From NCBI GenBank assembly GCA_051294375.1, contig CM119263.1, positions 11,381,894 to 11,445,893 on the forward strand: DNA of 64,000 bases, written 5' to 3'. The notes under the pieces are model-generated. The model saw only the letters and a program-made list of their open reading frames with translations, did not search any database and was not told the DNA's origin. This document shows, in pieces, positions 52,441-64,000 of the stretch. Position 1 is the first letter of the stretch; the number at the start of each line of letters is the position of its first letter. Both the position numbers and the translations under genes were made by a program. Source of the DNA: Paraspadella gotoi. Taxonomy: Eukaryota > Animalia > Chaetognatha.

Positions 52441-53363
52441 GTGGGTTTTACTTCCTACTTAATGCCATCCTGGCCACAATCAAGTCGTCAATTGCTCGGT
52501 AAGAAGACGTCTTTACCATTTATTCTAAGCATCAGTGATATATAAACAATATACGGCAATTGATGATATACTGACTGATATACTGATGATAAGGACTGGG
52601 TCGTGAAAACTCGACAGTTCCGCAACAGTTCCGAAATGTAAGGAAACTTCTTTTTTTTCCCTGGACATTCCTTCGCCTAACAAAGCCTTAACACTAACTT
52701 ACCTCAATTTTTTCTCACCTTCTTTCCTCCCCTCCTCCTCGCCCCCAACTTACGCACGGACGCCTCAGAATGGCGGGAAACGCGACGAGCTAATCATTTA
52801 TGATTCGGTTTATTGAAGTCGTTACGCGAGACGCTTTCGTCGCGGGAGACAAGAATCATCTTTCTTCTTTCTCTTTCTGTGATCGCGAAATTCGTGTGAG
52901 GAGGAGGCAGCGGTTAGTCTCACTCATTGTTATTCACCCGGCCCGGAGAAAAGTAGGGGAGGGTCAGGCTGTCGACAGCTCCTCTCCAACCTTCGTGCTG
53001 AGAGAGATTTTATCGTTGCCCGAGCGCGCGTTTCGGCGCCGCACAACCAATAACGTCAGTCATGTTTACTCATAAAGAAAAGCGTGATAAGACCGTCTCT
53101 TTTCCGACTGACTATGAAGACGGTATATGTGAGTCACGGTTGATGCCCTATCTAAAAAAAACCTTAATGGTTTTTTTTGGGTCTTAAATATACATAGTGC
53201 AATAAAAAAAAGTCGTTCAGACAATGAGAAAGAGAGAAAAGAGCGATAAGGAGAGAGAGAGAGAGTTTTATTTATTATAAAAACGTCTATGTTAATATTA
53301 ATAGACACACTCTCATCTTTCATTGCTAATTGATTTAAGATCGTGTTTTATTCAATTTCACAG

Positions 53364-53618
53364 CGACGTCGACGGAAGCCGGTCGCGACGGAAACATCGA
53401 AAACAAAAGACGGAAGAAGCGAGGGCGGAGGAAACCTAAGACGGAAGCGGTTCCGAAGGAAACGCAGAAAGCGCCGCGGACTTCGAAAGACGAGGCCACG
53501 CCCACCGACGAAACGGGCGTCCGGCGTAAACAAACAAGAATAGCGGCGGCAACGCCTAAACGCCGGAACCCGATTTTATCGCCTTCAACCAATCCCCAAT
53601 TCGAGATGGAAGACGTGA
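53364..53618 (+). pseudogene. Indel-disrupted duplicate of receptor exon 4
   Basis: Near-identical to 34563-34813 with several single-base indels. Same acceptor context. Confidence 0.7.
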
Positions 53619-54869
53619 AGCGAAAGGAAGACCAAAAAAAAGAAGAAATTTTGTGAATATCCGATCTTCAAATGGACCGTCGGGGACTTTTCCGGTGGAA
53701 ATCAGGAGAATAAATGTTATTTTTTCCGAGCGAGTTTGCTCGTTTGTTTATTTTTTTTTTGATTCCTTGCTTTAATAATCCAAGCGTCGCGGATTTTGGT
53801 GAGGCTTCTGGTTTAAAAATAAATGGAAACCATTTTCCCCCAATTCTTACCGGCGTCCTCCTTAATGGTTTTTCCTTCTTAGTCTCTGATTTTGCATCTT
53901 TCTTTCTTACTTTCTTACTCTTTTCTTTCGTGTTTTATCTCTCTTCTTTTCTTTTCTTACATCCTCCTTAGCCTCTATAATCCTTATCAATCTATGATTA
54001 AGAATCGTCCCACTTTCCATCTTCCACCTTTCTTTTCCCATATCCACCGCACAATTTCCATCGTGCTTCGTATCTGCTGGATCTCCTGGCGAGCACTCCC
54101 AAAGACGGCGCCACTTTTATACGGGTTCGCAACTCACTCAGCGTTTGTGGTCCCGTGAAACAAGAAAATGTTTCGGATAGAAATCGGAAAAAGAGGAGAG
54201 TCATCGTCGTTAGGAGAAACCCTGTATGACCTTTTCATCGTCGTTAGGAGAAACCCTGTATGACCTTTTGCACGTTAGCTGAATCGAAGATAAAGAACCG
54301 CACAGCATCTTGAGAAGATTCATGATTGCTTTCCACCCTTCCACGACGGACCTTTTTTTTTTGATCCTCTTCCTCCTTTTCCTCCATTTATTTCAATCTT
54401 TATTTTTCCACCTTTTTCCACTTTCCGCCCTTCCCCCGAGTTTCCTCACTTTTCCTTCTCTTTCTTCCTTTTTCCCCTTTCCTCCCCTTTCCTCCTCATT
54501 CCTTCCCCTATCCCCTTTCCTCCCTTTTCCTCTCTTTTCTTCCCCTTTCCTCCCTTTTCCTCCCTTTTTCCTCCTCGACTACCTCATTCCTTTTCCCAGC
54601 GCAGTTTTGCCTTCATGCAATTTTGAGGTGTTAAGAGGAGGTGAGTCGCTGAAGGTAAACATTCCAATTCCCTTCCACTCGCAGCGAGAGAAGGTGAACC
54701 TCCGGAACCATAAAACTTTACTGCGGGAGAGAAGGGTTAGAAATTTGATGCGAGGGAAGCGATTTGGCGGAGTTGATGTCATATTTTGTGAGCATCCCGG
54801 AGAGAGCAAAATAGAGAGAAGAGAGACGAGAGAGAGACGAGAGAGAGAGACGAGAGAGAGACGAGAGAG

Positions 54870-54909
<40 letters not shown>

Positions 54910-57781
54910 AAGATTGAGCAAGTTACATTTTCACTGTAGAGATGTGTAGAAGAGAAAGAGAGAGGAAGATAAAGTCGAAAAAGGTGAAAGAAAGAAAGAA
55001 AGAAAATTGAGAGAGAGAGAGAGAGACAGAAGAGATGAGAGAGAGAGAGGAGAAGAGAGAGGAGAGGAGAGAGACGAAAAGAGAGACAGACAGATCTTTT
55101 TTCACAATTTATAAAGAAGTAAGAAAATTTCAACGCAATTTTGTTTTACCTTCCAAAAAGAGAATCACGAAAAAAATATGCGGATAATCGAGGAAAACTG
55201 TTTAACGCACAGAACCTACTCGTCGTCGTCTTCTTTGTCGTCGGCTTGGTCGTTCGTTCAACTGTTAGCTGACCTCAAAAAGCGGTGAAGAAAGAAGAAG
55301 AAATTATTTGAAAAAAAAAATAATGAATCGAAAATAGATATTCGAGGATTTCGTTGTTGACATGCTCCGTACATGGGACCCCATGACAGTTTCGTCACTG
55401 GACGACGACGACGAGGGAAACGACGTGCCGGACGCGACGCGGACGACGACCGTAACGACGACGAGGGCGACGAGGACTGGCGACGACGAATGGCGACGAC
55501 GACGACGAAGACGACGACGACGTAGAGTAAATGGGACGAGACGACGAGAACGCAAGAAGCCGGAGAGAAATAGAGAGAGGATTAAAAGGAAGGAGTTGAA
55601 AAACGAGAGAGAAGGAGAAAAGAGAGAGGGAGAGGAGACGGAGGGAAGAAAAAGAAGGACGATAAAAAGGAAGATTTAAAATTCGGGTACAGCTCGCTTT
55701 TTTCTTTACTTTCGAAAAAGTTGAGGAGTGGATATCGCTCAAAACTAGGAGTGCCAAATCAGCCTGCTTTGAGTAATAGATTGCAGGAACGTTAGGTTTA
55801 TTGCCCGTTTGAAGGATTTTTAAAAATTTCAAAAAATTGCGCTCCACGCACCCCAAAAATTTTTTTTACAATATTTGCTCTTAACGTGGTTATTAATGAA
55901 GCTAGTCCCTTCATTTTTGCATCAATAATTACTCCGAGACGAGGCCTACATAATGATGTAATAAAATTTTTGAATTAATTTTAATTTGTTTAAAAATTAA
56001 TTACTCCAAAAAAAAAACTTCCAGATATTCCTTAAAAGGTAGGCCCCGTACCCCTCCATTCCCATTTTTATACAACATCGCTACTTGAAGAAGACCAGTT
56101 TAATTAAAAAACAAATTTAATTTTAAAAAATTATGTTACAATACCAACAAATATTTGTCTGAAAATTATAAAAAATATATCACAGTCTTAAAACTAATTA
56201 AAATATTTTAAAAAAATATGGTTGAAAGAGGACATTATGCTGATTCACAATTCTGTTTTGTTTTATTAAAATTGATTATTCGTTCCTCGTTTACAGGCTG
56301 CTACATTTGTAAAATCAAGAAAATCACCCCTTTTTCAAAACCTTATTAAAAACTGAAACGGGTCCAATGTATTTGAAAAAAAAATTGAAATTACACTTTA
56401 AACAAGAGTAATAATCTTCTTGCTATAAAAATTTTAAATTGAGCAGAAAAAGAGTACCAAAGATATCAAGCGAAGAAATGTATATTTAATTTTTAATTGA
56501 AAAAAGAATAATTTATCGTTACCATGATGGAAAGAAAAAGTGTCGCGGCTTTACTTTCCAGTTATTTTTCGGCATTTTAAATGTCTAAAGAATCGAAAAA
56601 GAAAATTAGAAACAAAGAAAACTTGGCCTTTGTGATTCATATAAGTTTGTGTCTCATTATAGCTATGACAAAAAAATACAGGAGTTCCATATAAAAGAAA
56701 ATGCGTCTGTCCAAAACAAATCGCTTCCTTCATTTTATCTTTAATCCTTAATTTTTTTTATATTCATTTTCCGCGTTTCTTTTTTATTACCTTTCTGGAG
56801 TTTAACCAATACTATATAAAAATCCCTGCCTTTTCTCAGTCTCAATTGTCAAAATCGGTTTGCATTATCCTCCATTAGGCATAGATTCAGGATTGCAATC
56901 TTAATTCACTATGTCAAAAAAAAAGCCCATATTATAAATACAATTGATGCTGCTAGCATGTCTATAGAATATTATTTTAAATTGGTAAACAGACACTAAA
57001 GTTATAAGGTTACCGGGTAACCTTTCTTTAAGCAAAGTTATCATTTTTATTACCTTCGATGTATTATCAGAATCAGATATCAAACAAATCCAAAAATAAA
57101 AAAACATAAAGATTTGTTGAAGTTGAAAGACAATGAATTATCACATTATGCAGCAACAACTCAAGCCTGGTTTACATTTATAGAGGAACAATCTTCTTTC
57201 ACTGTTGCTAAGGATTCGATGTTTTTTCCACAAATCTGATTAAAAATATTATGTCAGAGATATAATCTTAACAAAATATGAGTAGTTCTCTTAATCAAAA
57301 AGAAGTAAAACAGTAGAGACCTCTTTCTTGAACGTATTATGAATGCATAGAATAATTTAATACTGTTGAGAAATAATCATTTTATTCATCTTAGGGGAGT
57401 TCATATTGAACCTATTAAAACTTATTTGTTAGCCAAAAATATATATTATGAAGACATAAATTAACTGCTTTCCAAACAGCGACGACTTTATTTTTCCATC
57501 ATTGGTAATAAGCAATTGTTAGCGTTACGCACCGCGAAGCCGCTGTGTCAGAGCTCTTGCAGATGAGGATTTAGTAAGGGGACTTAGTTGATTTATAGAA
57601 ACAGTCGGTCAAGGGCCGGGAGTGTCACATAGAAGACCTTTACTGTTTGTTTTAAGCCCGGTAGGGACGCCCATTGAAGTCATATAGGTGGACAGGCCAT
57701 TTAAAAATTTCCATACAGCCTGTCTAACCCAGCGTAACGACTACAAATTGAAGCCATGGTTATGTGGATGCCGCAGCCAAC

Positions 57782-58607
57782 TTTTTAGTTGGATCTGCTT
57801 TCAGTCAGATCCCGACTCTCATAATTCACTTCTGTCGGTCCGCCGGTCCACCCCCTCAATCTTGTCGGCATTCACTATCATATCATGTCAGAACATTGGA
57901 TTATGATTAAGATTATGCAAAAAAAAAACGATAGTCCGTCTGTCGTCTGTCTGTCCATCCATCCGTCCGTCCGTCCATCCCAACCACTTAGCAAAAAAAC
58001 ACCAATGTACTCCGTGATTGGATGGCATGGATTGAAATGAGAAGTTTTGTTGTAGTGGGTAGGGAAGATCGTATTTGAGCTGGATATCGAAGTGTTCATA
58101 GAATCGTCAAGTGGGGAATGAGTTTAAATGGAAAAAACAAAAAAAAATATATGTCACTATATTGAACACCAATTACTCATGAGTGATGGGGCAATGACTG
58201 TAATTTTGTATGTTGGGCTAGAAAAGTGTCGTGAGTAAACTGGAATCAAGTTTCGATGGAATCATTTGGTGGAAATGAGTTTAAAATGGGAAGAAACAAA
58301 GAACCTGTTTCACTAATTATTATGCTCTTTTTCTTTTTATTTAAAAAGTAAATGCAAAGATGTACTTATTAAACAATTAATAATTAATCATTAGTCAATT
58401 AATCAATAATTAATTAATAATTAATTAATCAATCAAAACAAACATTTTCGGATCAAATTTTAATTGCATAATTAATTAAATAAATTAACCTTGAATAAAT
58501 TTAAAGTATTAATAATTTAAATAAGGATAATAATTATAATTAAATTAATTAATTAATTACCGTAAAGATTCGTGGACAGTCCGACATTGTTTGCCTAAAA
58601 CTTGTTT
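57782..58607 (+). mobile_element. HINE/DINE-1-like element nested in the 6.2-kb TIR element
   Basis: 5' hairpin GTTGGATCTG..CAGATCCCGAC, (GTCT)/(CCGT) microsatellite, two tandem units, 3' GTTTG..AAAC stem. Colinear with 13351-14115. Confidence 0.7.
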
Positions 58608-59349
58608 TATCTATTTTTAATCATGTCTTAACGTTATCAACAAGAAACGATGCTTAAGTTGTTGACACCATACTGGACATCGTGTCTTGGCAACTGTCTT
58701 GGCGAACTGAAGTGTCGATTGCACATCTTTAATAATTGTCTTCAGTGCATCTTCATTGTCCCACAAAGTTCTTCTGCGCCGACAAGTCTCTTATCTGCGA
58801 GCTATAGAGCAAATGTGTTTTATGGCGTTGACATGATTTATCTATTTATTGACTAGTATATCCATTGAACGCATGTTGATCTCTTGAACTGATCAAGAAT
58901 TTGATCAATTTTAATTGGATGGAATTGAAATTTTCCTAGGTTTTTTTGATTTTTTTGGCAAATTGGGTTTTCCTTTTGCGGAAATTTGTTTTAAAATTTT
59001 TTGGAAATTTTTATTTTTAATTTTTGATTATTGATAGCAGTAGTTAATTAAAATGATTAATTTTTTTGCTTGCCTTCCTTTCTCAAATTCTAAAATTTCA
59101 AATATAATTCATTTTCGGTGGCATCATTATTTTTTCTCTTCTTAAAAAAATATTTGTTGACTCCTGCAAAATCTAGAGTAGCAGTAACAGTCGCGCTCAT
59201 TCTTATGTTCCAATGTCCTTTATAATCATATCGTTAGTATAGTCAATATCGAGGTTACATAATAAGTGGCAAGTATTTGTTGCACAATAGTTTGATTAAC
59301 GACGGACAAATGATTAACGGTAGAATAGACACACCGGTACGACAAAGGC

Positions 59350-59632
59350 TGATAATGAAGGAGGCTCGGTTTATTACAGAGCGCCATAAATGAAGAAGGC
59401 TGGTTTTACAGGCGCCAACCACACCGCAGCCGGTTCACCTACGTGCGGACAGCGAGACAGGCACTGTTCATGTTAGTCAGAGCTCTTGGATCTGGCCAGT
59501 AGCCCATGCCTACAGGACGGGTATACCCGGTCCCATCCCACTTTCTACAATGACCACAACCTCAGGGCTCGAACCAGCGGACGCCACATTGAGATGAGTG
59601 CATTAAGTCACTGAGAACCACCGAGGCGCTCC
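59350..59632 (-). mobile_element. tRNA-derived SINE nested in the 6.2-kb element
   Basis: Minus-strand head GGAGCGCCTCGGTGGTTCTCAGTGAC (A-box-like) and B-box GGTTCGAGCCC (59575-59565), followed by a ~200-bp GC-richer body. The 3' end is approximate. Confidence 0.55.
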
Positions 59633-62600
59633 GAAAGCACAGCTTAATTAATCTGTGCTGTAATAGAACCACCAGCAATGACAATAATAAAAATTCAAAT
59701 GATTATTGCAAGAAGAGTTCTTTCTTGAGTGCAGTTTGGATGTTGGGGAGAATCCGAGAGTTCTCTACACCAATGTTGACCGTCGATCCCTCCGTCGGTT
59801 CCTCTGTTCTGCAATCCTGGTCAATCTAAGGTTCGAAGGCAAATCGTCGCTGATTCTTCAGCAATTCTGAATAATTGTGAGGATACGAGCAATCACATCA
59901 CAGACCAACAGGTCCCGGCTATAGGTTCCATTCCGTTGCATGATATTGTTCGATCATCTACCAGCCTCCAAAATCACAACATGTCCCGACATTACAGTTT
60001 TGACATCAACAACAAACTGAAAACTCACAAATGTCTTCCGCGTCCAATAAAGAAAGACCGCGACTGAAGTGAAGATTGAGAAGATGAAGGCATCGCCGCA
60101 GCATCCTTATCCTTCATCCCGGCGACATAGAAGAGACTATTAGAAGAGACGAACGCACAATAAATCGTTTTTAGACTTTTTTTGAAAATCAGGACGAAAA
60201 CGAACAGTACAAGCCAAATTGATAAAAATGTTGACTTCGTCATGCAGGGCTCGTGCATGCTACTGTAGTGCTATGATGTTTTAACTATCCATGGTCACGT
60301 TTCTATTAATTTAATTCTCTCTTTCTTTCTTTCTTCTTTCCTTTCTTTCTTTCTTTTTTCTTTACTTTCTATCTTTTCGTTTTTCCCCTTTCTTTCTTTT
60401 TTCTTTCTTTCTATCTTTCTTTTTTCATTCTTTAACAATACTTATCTTTATAATAGAAATAAATATATAGGGCTTCAGAAAAATAAGAAAGACCACTTTA
60501 AACTTATATACTTATTTGCTGAGTTTGTTTAAATGTATTGTTACTTCCTTCCCACGACTCTCAACAACGAACACAGCCAAAATCAACCAATACATTGACA
60601 CTTTGTCAAGTACCTGGGCCTCTCGTTACGTTCGCTCCGTTCTTTCGGACTTAGCTGACTCGTTCTACTGAGACTTTGTCTCATCATCGTCCAGGGTGTT
60701 CATTGACCGGCCGCCATCGTCTCTTCTGCGCCATTTCTTACCTCGAATTATCTTTGTTACTTCAATGCGCGAATTCAGCACTTCGTCAGTCTAGAACTCA
60801 AAGACAGGGGGGGGGGGCCCAAGGTTTTCCTCCAGAACTATAGTTCAATACACCCCTTTTTTCTTTCTTTCTTTCTTTCTTTCTATTTTCTTTTTACCCC
60901 GTTTTCTTCTTTCTTTCGTTCATTTTTATTTTTTTCTATACAGGGAATTCAATCTGAAGTAATATCAAAAAAAAACTTGTAATATAATCAAAACGAAGAA
61001 ACGCATCGTACTTCATCCCTTCTAAATCATCACTTTTTTATCAAAATTACCCAATAATGCTACTTTCCTTTCGATATCTTTGCGCTAATCTTTTTCTCTC
61101 ATTAATAAAAATTTTCACATAGCAAGAAGAATATTACATTTTTAAAGTTAATTCTTTTTCTTCTTTCACAATACATGCGACCCGTTCACTTTTTAAACGG
61201 TTTTGAAAAGAGGGTGATTTTGTTAATTGTTACAAATGTATGCGCCTGTAAACCGGAACAAAATAATCAAAATTTAAAAAACAAACAACAGATTGGAATC
61301 AGCATAATGTCCCTCTTTCAACAACCCATTAATTTTTTAACATATGTTTAATTAGTAAGACAATGATATATTTTTAGAATTTTCAAGAAAATAATTTTTC
61401 GGTATTATAAAATAATTTTTTAAAATTTAACTTGTTTTTATTAAAACTGGTCCTTCTCAACGTATCATTTTGATACAAAAAGCGAATTAAATTACCCTTG
61501 CCAAACCTCCTTAAGAATACTCTTGAATTTTTCTTGAGTGATTTAATTTTTAAAACCAAAATTAATTAAAATAATTCAAAAAATGTGTATCCTACATCAG
61601 TGTATGTAGCCTCTCGCGGCAGTATATTATGCAGCAAAAATGATAGGACACTTCAATTAATTAACAACAGACAAGTAGAGCAATAATGTAAAGATAAAAT
61701 AAATTTGTGGTGCTGACGCAATTTTTTTGAATTTTTCAAAAATCCTTCAAACGGGCAACTAAACCTAACGTCTCCTGCATCTATTACTCAAAGCTGCACT
61801 ATTTCAACTCACTAGTTGAGACATATCCACTCCCTCCCACGATTTACTCGAGTAAAGCAACAAAAGTTACTGTAACTAGAACGCAACTACATATAATCAT
61901 GATCGTTTGAATAAGAAACAGGAACAAAATAAGGAGGAGAAAGCAAAGAAATCAAAAATGGCAAAATCAAAAAGTATTGCTTTGTGGCCGTAAGAGGAAA
62001 TTAGAAAAGACGAGAGAGAAAAAAAAGTGTGATTAAAAAAAGGGGACAGGAAGATGTGGTTTAATGGGTTGGTGGGAGTTACGCAGAAACACGAAAAAAA
62101 GTTAAGGACGGAAAACAACGGACTGTAGAAGTACATCGAGGGGAAAAGAACAGGAAATTAGGAAATAAAGGAAAGAGAAAGTGAAAAGAAAAAAATGAAA
62201 GAAATATTTCCAAAAAGGAAAGTGGGACATACATCACTACACTACCAATTTAAAAAAAAAAAGAGAAATATTGTGTTTTAAACTATTAAATCCATAATTT
62301 GCCGAAAATATTTTAAAAAAATTAATACAATATAACGGTCGGCAATATTAAATCTATACAAAATAATTCTCAAATATCAACTAAACTCGATTTATTTTTA
62401 AAACCTTTGCCTTGTCAGATTGTAATCTCTTTTTTCTCTCGGAGCCTAAATCACAATGATTCAATAATCTTAATTATGTATAGGTGCAAGTTAAAATTTT
62501 ATGGGAATAAAATGAACCGAAAAGGATAAGAAATAAAAGCAAAAAGAACGAACGAACATAAAGTTGGGTAGAAAAAGAAACGTGACGTCATTTGTTTTCC

Positions 62601-62914
62601 CAAACGAGTCACGTCACTTTGTCACGTTTGATTCGTTCATGCGAAGTCTTCGCTGAAGAGTCGACACTGGACGGATGAACTGAAAAGTGAGAAAGTGAAA
62701 CTCGGCGCTCGAGTGATTTCTCTTTCTGCTTAATTGAGCGAAAACAAATCAAATCGACATTAAAAGAAGCTATCCGCTGATCATCATTTTGATGAGAAAA
62801 CGAGACAAACGACGAGGAATACGAGGATAGTGAAGACCACAAAGATCGAATCAGCTCATCACAAATCCGTTTTGTTAAATTGAGAAAATATTTGGTATCT
62901 ATCGAAGAAAACAT

Positions 62915-63119
62915 CATTTATAGGGAAGCCAGGTACTCTGGGAGTGAATAAACGGGACTGTGAGAGAGTCTTGATTGAAAGCTTGCAGGGACCTGCTATG
63001 TAATTATCTTGTAAGAGTGATGGAGGCCTTAAACCACCAAAGCCTGTCTAAAGTCAGGGGCAAGATAGCTTATTTATTAAATGAATGGATAATTTTTATA
63101 TTGGTTGTACCAATTTCAT
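62915..63119 (+). mobile_element. SINE-like ~205-bp polymorphic insertion
   Basis: Present between GAAGAAAACAT and AAAAAGAAC here. Absent in the duplicate at ~63736-63755 (GAAGAAGACATAAAAAGAAC). Possible CAT duplication. Dispersed relative at 10374-10508. Confidence 0.6.
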
Positions 63120-64000
63120 AAAAAGAACAAAGGAACGAAGGAACACCTAAATAGTTAAATATTTGCCTGAGATTTTGTCAAACACAAACGACGGTAAATT
63201 GAGGTTTGACTTTAATGAATAAATAATAAAATAACTACAATTCTCACAATTTTAACTCAACGAAAAGAAAAAAACAATTATAATTTTTTTTTTAAATCTT
63301 GAAGTCAAGTAAAGATTTTACACCAAACGTGAGATGNNNNNNNNNNATGAACCGAAAAGGATGAGAAATAAAAACAAAACGAACGAACATACAGTTGGGT
63401 AGAAAAAGAAACGAGGCGTCATTTGTTTTCCCAAAACGTGTCACGTCACTTTGTCACGTTGGATTCGGTCATGCGAAGTATTCGCTGAAGAGTCGACGCT
63501 GGACGGATGAACTGAAAAGTGAGAAAGTGAAACTCGGCGCTCGAGTGATTTCTCTTTCTGCTTAATTGAGCGAAAACAAATCAAATCGACATCAAAAGAA
63601 GCTATCCGCTGATCATCATTCTGATGAGAAAACGAGACAAACGACGAGGAATACGAGGATAGTGAAGACCACAACGATCGAATCAGCTCATCACAAATCC
63701 GTTTTGTTAAATTGAGAAAATATTTGGTATCTATCGAAGAAGACATAAAAAGAACAAAGGAAGGAAGGAACGCCTGAATAGTTAAATATTTGCCTGAGAT
63801 TTTGTCAAACACAAACGACGGTAAATTGAGGTTTGACTTTAATTAATAAATAATAAAATAACTACAATTCTCACATACATAATAATTTCAATTTTAACTC
63901 AACGAAAAGAAAAAACAATTATAATTTTTTTTAAAATCTTGAAGTAAAGTAAAGATTTTTCACCAAACGTGAGATGTTAACACCACAAAATTCATATACA

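Larger units (their letters stand above)
55690..61872. mobile_element. 6.2-kb DNA-transposon-like insertion with ~830-bp TIRs and TA TSD (Tc1/mariner-type ends); no recognisable transposase
   Basis: Left junction GGGTA|CAG, right junction CTG|TAACT. Empty site GGGTAACT in the homologous copy at 41487-41488 (also empty, error-laden, at ~39468). 55690-~56515 is the reverse complement of ~61025-61872 (e.g. GCTTTGAGTAATAGA..CGTTAGGTTTA.TTGCCCGTTTGAAGGATTTTT). Confidence 0.8.

Noticed and set aside
24667-55680. Tandem/inverted receptor gene family undergoing diversification (immune-like cluster)
   Set aside because: Copies differ by random single-base indels in exons and introns alike, with no sign of codon-aware divergence, and are bounded by gaps and fold-backs.
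59560-59632. Functional tRNA gene
   Set aside because: A- and B-box-like motifs are present, but I cannot fold a cloverleaf and the sequence continues into a SINE-like body.

Overview
Eukaryotic (invertebrate-animal-like) AT-rich genomic scaffold with GT-AG introns, many (AG/CT)n and (TCG)n microsatellites and nine N-gaps, five of them exactly 25 N. From about 18.4 kb to the end, one locus of roughly 16-17 kb is present 3-4 times in alternating orientation. The copies differ mainly by single-base indels. Together with fold-back junctions and a probable SMRTbell adapter remnant, this points to uncorrected long reads patched into gaps rather than true paralogues. Combining the cleanest copies reconstructs a 4-exon, ~572-aa type I membrane protein: signal peptide, Ser-rich mucin-like region, CUB, LDL-A, TM and a tail ending in FNNPNF. 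Comparing the copies also reveals three presence/absence insertions: a 6.2-kb TA-flanked element with ~830-bp TIRs, a 618-bp hAT MITE with an 8-bp TSD, and a ~205-bp SINE-like fragment. Also present are several Helentron/DINE-1-like non-autonomous elements, a tRNA-derived SINE, a perfect 81-bp palindrome and a few orphan exons. I found no prokaryotic-type system, CRISPR array or structural RNA gene, and nothing that I can support as a wholly new biological system. The best leads are the receptor, the cargo-like TIR element and the palindrome.
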